In this document: positions 59,801-64,000 of the stretch, piece by piece
Numbering within the stretch: the first letter of the stretch is position 1
Layout: each line of letters begins with the position of its first letter
Source of the DNA: Bugula neritina
Lineage: Eukaryota; Animalia; Bryozoa
Assembly: GCA_964035545.1 (NCBI GenBank)
Contig: OZ037768.1
Location: forward strand, 18,645,700 to 18,709,699
Reading direction: 5' to 3'
Length of the DNA: 64,000 nucleotides
Notes under the pieces: generated by a model
The model's database searches: none
What the model saw: only the letters and a program-made list of their open reading frames with translations
Told to the model about the DNA's origin: nothing
Made by a program: the position numbers and the translations under genes

Positions 59801-62800
59801 ACACATAGAGTAAGTGTAAGGTGGAACAAGCCGATAGACACTAACCTTAACTAAATCATTTATAAGAGAGTACTGCATTGCAGTTTCTTCAAGGAAGAGG
59901 TTTCTTTTCGCGACAAGAATATCCTGTAATGAAAAAGTTTAAATATGAAGCACAAAAATAAAATATATTATATGCATTAAACTAAAAGTTTTAAAATCTA
60001 GTAATTTAAGCAGATAAAACAAGTTTTGAAAAAATGACATTAGACTGCAATAAACAACAAAAAAGTAAGTTTTTTATAAATACCAAAAATTAGCAGCCAT
60101 AATAAAAGACAGCTAAATTTTCTTACCTCTAGACTGCCTCGCTCACAGTATTGGTGTGCAATCAGTATATAGGGAGGGTCAGAACACGCTCCTACAAACT
60201 TGTTAATGTTGTCATGGTTCAACTCTCTCAGCATATATAAATGCTCTTTGGCAAGTTTTGTGACGTCAGGAGAGTTCCAAACACATTTTAACGACACCAA
60301 CATGTGCTGCAGAAATAGAAACGAGAATTTGAACAACCACCAATTGCAGTGAAAAATAAATTAGAAATAAGTTAATATAACTATTATATTATATAAAAAA
60401 GCATCTGAAAATTATAGTACACTGTGAATTCAAATCTAATGGCAAGTATGTATGCGCTGGTATAGATTTATATTTACTCGAGATTAGAATTGCATAGTTT
60501 CTGTATGCATATAATATATAACCTCATTTTTATACTTTATTTTGAAGGTAGACTTTTAGCTGCTAATTTTAAGACAAAAATAGCAATTTAGTAACCATTT
60601 TTGTTGCAACTGAAACTGCTTTTGGCTTTCAAAAGCGCAGCTGCTGTATTTGCTAATCTATATTGGAAATTGTCTGACCTTGTATATACCGATGGGGCAG
60701 TATGGTAGTTGAGTGATTCTATCTATTTCTTCTTCGTTTTCAGAGCTACACAATTTTGTCCAGCGCCGAGAAGCTATCTGGAAGAATATTGAACTGCATA
60801 CGTTACACAAAACTGAGTAAGGCATTTATGCCATCATGACAAAGGAAGAAATTATCGTCAACAAACGTAGCGATTTCTTTTACATTAAAATAAACAATAA
60901 ATATATATGTGATATTATGTGATATTATAACATTGTAACAACAGAGTATTTAGTATATTGTATTCAATAAAAGCTAGAGAGAGAGATTTGATATAAGGTG
61001 TTGGAAAAACTAAGTAACACAAAATATATTTAAATCGTTTTAAAACAATACAAGCTAACAGATAAATACAATTGGAACATCACATGCTTTCAAAATGCAA
61101 TGACAGTAAAATATAACTAAAAAGAATCAGAAAAGAGAAGCAAAGATCAGCAACAACAATAGATTTTGGGAAACACAAAAACTCCTTGCAATGAGTTTCA
61201 GCCTCAGTTGGAAGATTTTAAAACAATGCAAAAACACCACACTTAAAAAGTAACCACACTTGAAAAGTAAGTACACTTGAAAAGTAACTACACTTGGATA
61301 GTAAACACACTTGGATAGTAAACACACTTGAAAAGTAAACACACTACAAAATGGTTTACCAATGATTTTTTACGATGCTGAAAATGTTCACTTTCATCAC
61401 TATGGCTATTTCCCCATTGTAACAATTTCTGTAAGTCAACAAGATAACATGTCGATAAGATATAAGATATCAGTTATGGTTGTAGGATCAAGTTTTTCTA
61501 AAAATCAAAGCCTACTATCATCCATTGTTTAAAATTAATTTAATAATCTGCTCTTGGCTACAAAATATAAAAAACAGATAGTAATTGAAGAGATTTTGGA
61601 TTGCCCTCAACTATGCTACATAAGCAATAATGATTTGTCAATATAATTAATAAGCATTGATTTTTCCTCTTTTTGGCAAATTAGTGCATAATCCATAAAT
61701 AAAATTTTTTTTTGCGCAATACATGTCTAACTCAACTTTAAATCATAACTGTTTAGTAGAAGATATCAAAATTTTGGCTTCATTGAATTGTTCAATTTCA
61801 ATATTTTCAAGTGTCATTTTGTTATATAATTTTGTTTTGCTCTTGAAAAAATATGTACCTGTAACATAAAAAAGGGAAAGGTAAACATTGTATGTTATTC
61901 ATAACATGCTACGCAATGGATGTGCGTAAGTGGTGCGCCGCTACATTGGGCCTATGCTATGCTATAACTATGCTATGCTATATTGGGCCTGTGCTATGCT
62001 ATAGCTATGCTATGCTATGCTATGCTATGCTATATTGGGCCTGTGCTATGCTATAGCTATGCTAAACTTGTGCTAGGCTGACCTGTGTAGCTTCAACTTG
62101 TTCAGAGTCTTCATCTTCAAAGTTAGGCATTGGCTGGTCCAAGAAAAGCACATCAATATCTGCTTTGTCTATTTTCCATAGCAAACTGTCCACTCTTTTC
62201 TTTTGTTGGTATTGCCTGTCATAAAAACAGAATAATAAGTATTCCTGTACACTAACTATTTATTCTCTGTAGTGTTGAGTTTACTCAGTGGACCCACAGT
62301 GTAATGGCTAGCACGCCTGCTTGTAAGCTGCAGTTCTTGGGTTCGAATCCTAGTGGGGGCAATTTTTTTCATTCTCACAAAAACAAGTGCAGATTGAAGT
62401 TTCTAGGTTTTTTGAGCTATTGTTATACTTAGAGTAAGTACATATACAAGTGTAAGTTGCTATTACCTCCAGTAACATACACCTAGTAGAGTAAGTACAA
62501 TAACTACGCTAGCACCGACTACCACTGCCAAATACACAAAATATGACAATGAATCTTTGGTACATCTTGATCCTGTGAAGCCACAAACAGGTTCTGGCAA
62601 AGGCGGACTCCTTCCTAGCCATGACATTGGTTCGTGCTTCAAGTATTCCTACAAAGGAGCAGATTGCTACTTTCTGATGATTCAAACATTTAGCTAAGTT
62701 TTTGGGAAAACTCATAATTAAGATTTGTTGGGACTTTACATAAGTTGAGAAAGCTTTTCCCTAATACATGATAGCTTTTCACATATCATCTCAGCTATGC

Positions 62801-63858
62801 CAGCTATATTATGCTTTTTCCACTCTCATTATGGCTACTACACAAAAGCTAACCTTTTTGACTAGTATAAAAACCCAGCATTTTTCACTTATCCACATTT
62901 GCGTCTTACATTTAACCTTTTTCACATTGCTATTTTCTTTCAGTCTGCAGCAATAGATATTTCCATACACATTAAGCCACAATAAGATTAATGAAGACAA
63001 AAAATAAGCATAGCTGTGTGGATATTAAATCAATTTATCTGATGAGAAAGAAGCTTACAACTTGCTCATGGTATTAATACTCTTAACTTGCAAACTGCAT
63101 TGCTCCCATCAGCTGTGTCATAATGCAATATTATATTCTCACGGCATCGAAATATTCTCATGCATGCAACTATTTTTGGATAGCATGTGTCTATACCAGC
63201 TGTTCATTAGAATCTTCCAAATTACGAAATGTCCCAACTTGTTTCAAAGCCCATCCGTAGTTGGAGTTGCTTTCCTTAACTATAGCTACAGCTGAATAGG
63301 CTCCTTCGGCGTCTCCATGTGCATCAATAGAGTCATTGAATTGCTGTATACCTGATTGAATAACATTATTAGCTTTTAAATTATGTATCAATAGCTGATG
63401 CTTCTTTACATATCATATGGAATGTTCATTATAAATCAAAATTTGAGATAATGATGAATGATTTTGCAAATTACATAAAGAATAAGCATGCATATAAGTT
63501 AAAGCTACATATCATAGGTCTAGAGTCTAAACAATTTATCCTCTAACGCATTCTGATAGATGCATATACTAAGTTCTTAGTAACTTCTCATAGGTCAAGA
63601 GGCTCAAGTCCTACTATATAAGCCTTGTATTTTTTGAAGTTTAAACATACAATTGGATTTGCGATAACTGATGATGTAAGGATAAAAACTTTAACTTTAG
63701 CTTTACTAACTTCTGAAAGTTGAGTTTAAGATGTTCAATGTTAGTAATCTTCCATCTGATAAATCCCCTCCTGATTCTAACAGCTTCTTTGCAGCTTTGG
63801 CATAAATTAGAACTCCATCATATAGCTTGGCGGCATACAAGGATATTGGCAAAGGAAC
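50895..63858 (-). CDS. Receptor (transmembrane) guanylyl cyclase, NPR/Gyc76C-like; 5' part lies outside the window
   Basis: Extracellular exons ([16 protein letters not shown]), PEPVCGF + TM (~62648-62467), kinase-homology domain ([36 protein letters not shown]), coiled coil (LEN..NLE..VEERT), catalytic [39 protein letters not shown]. Tail exons to the stop at 50895 are less certain. Confidence 0.93.
51743..51905. mobile_element. ~165-bp MITE (TTAGGTGCAGTA TIR)
   Basis: Same family as 52599-52763, in inverted orientation. Confidence 0.7.
52599..52763. mobile_element. ~165-bp MITE with 27-bp imperfect TIRs
   Basis: TTAGGTGCAGTAATGGAGAAATTGAGA ... TCTCAATTTCTTCACTACTGCTCCTAA. Confidence 0.78.
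52979..53119 (-). mobile_element. Thr-SINE copy, degenerate
   Basis: Reverse complement of the family body (AAAACCCCTGATGGA...GGGCTAA) and head (GACCACGGTTGCTCCC). Confidence 0.7.
54334..54492. repeat. (CA)n + (CACACGCG)n microsatellite
   Basis: Directly visible. Confidence 0.97.
54878..54967. repeat. 90-bp near-perfect spacerless palindrome
   Basis: 45-bp arms centred on TCATATGA with 3 mismatched pairs. Confidence 0.9.
56050..56089 (+). ncRNA. Degenerate minimal type I hammerhead ribozyme (G5A), Penelope-like remnant
   Basis: TACT-CTAAAGA-T-GGGCAC-AGTG-GTGCCC-GAAA-TAT-C-AGTA: stem I TACT/AGTA, 6-bp stem II, CUGANGA box with a G-to-A change. Confidence 0.6.
56955..57247. mobile_element. 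Second copy of the GGTAAAAATGGCAC foldback element
   Basis: Starts GATTTTAGGTA like 3362; same inverted subrepeats and C-rich centre. Confidence 0.75.
59530..59820. repeat. ~27-29-bp minisatellite
   Basis: AGAGTAAGTGTAAGTACATGATCACAT, about 10 units. Confidence 0.9.
61236..61345. repeat. ~18-bp tandem repeat
   Basis: ACACTTGAAAAGTAAAC units. Confidence 0.8.
61945..62065. repeat. (GCTAT)n microsatellite with ATTGGGCCT interruptions
   Basis: Directly visible. Confidence 0.85.
62290..62369 (+). pseudogene. Degenerate tRNA-like sequence (Thr-TGT-like; pseudo-tRNA or SINE head)
   Basis: A box TGTAATGGCTAGC, CTTGTAA loop, B box GGTTCGAATCC, followed by a T-run; acceptor and anticodon stems are mispaired. 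Confidence 0.55.
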
Positions 63859-64000
63859 CTACACAAGTGAATATATGGCAGTGAATTTAGAAGAAACAGA
63901 CACAATAAGCTCATTATTTTCTACACTTTGTTCAGTTTTGTCCTATGACTAAAAAGTAACGCCAGTTTTCTGGTCATGAGTCAGAAAATGTTTGATCTAT

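Noticed and set aside
59530-59820. CRISPR-like repeat array
   Set aside because: Head-to-tail minisatellite without unique spacers; eukaryotic context with no cas genes.
62290-62362. Functional tRNA-Thr gene
   Set aside because: Acceptor, anticodon and T stems are mispaired.

Overview
AT-rich, intron-containing animal (probably invertebrate) genomic DNA. Five recognisable host genes: the 5' part of a type I diacylglycerol kinase (minus, runs off the left edge); mitochondrial Rieske Fe-S protein UQCRFS1 (plus, 5 exons); a large adhesion GPCR (minus; VWC-like, 2 C-type lectin, Ig-like, SEA-like, HormR-like, GAIN/GPS, 7TM); an Njmu-R1/C17orf75 homologue (plus, 9 exons); and the 3' part of a receptor guanylyl cyclase (minus, runs off the right edge). 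There is also a candidate orphan 71-aa three-exon gene. The dominant accessory feature is a very young 8.3-kb Ty3/Gypsy LTR retrotransposon (7139-15470, minus) with apparently identical 716-bp LTRs, an ATAG target-site duplication, a tRNA-Leu PBS, a PPT and a -1 frameshift signal. Its pol frame continues ~410 codons past the usual integrase end into a C2H2 zinc-finger/Arg-rich/coiled-coil module with its own candidate splice acceptor and Kozak ATG, a possible accessory regulator. Other features: tRNA-Thr-derived SINEs, several MITE families, a mutated minimal hammerhead ribozyme, long palindromes, a candidate antisense transcript nested in the Njmu-R1 gene, and micro/minisatellites. All family assignments come from manual motif recognition; no searches were run.
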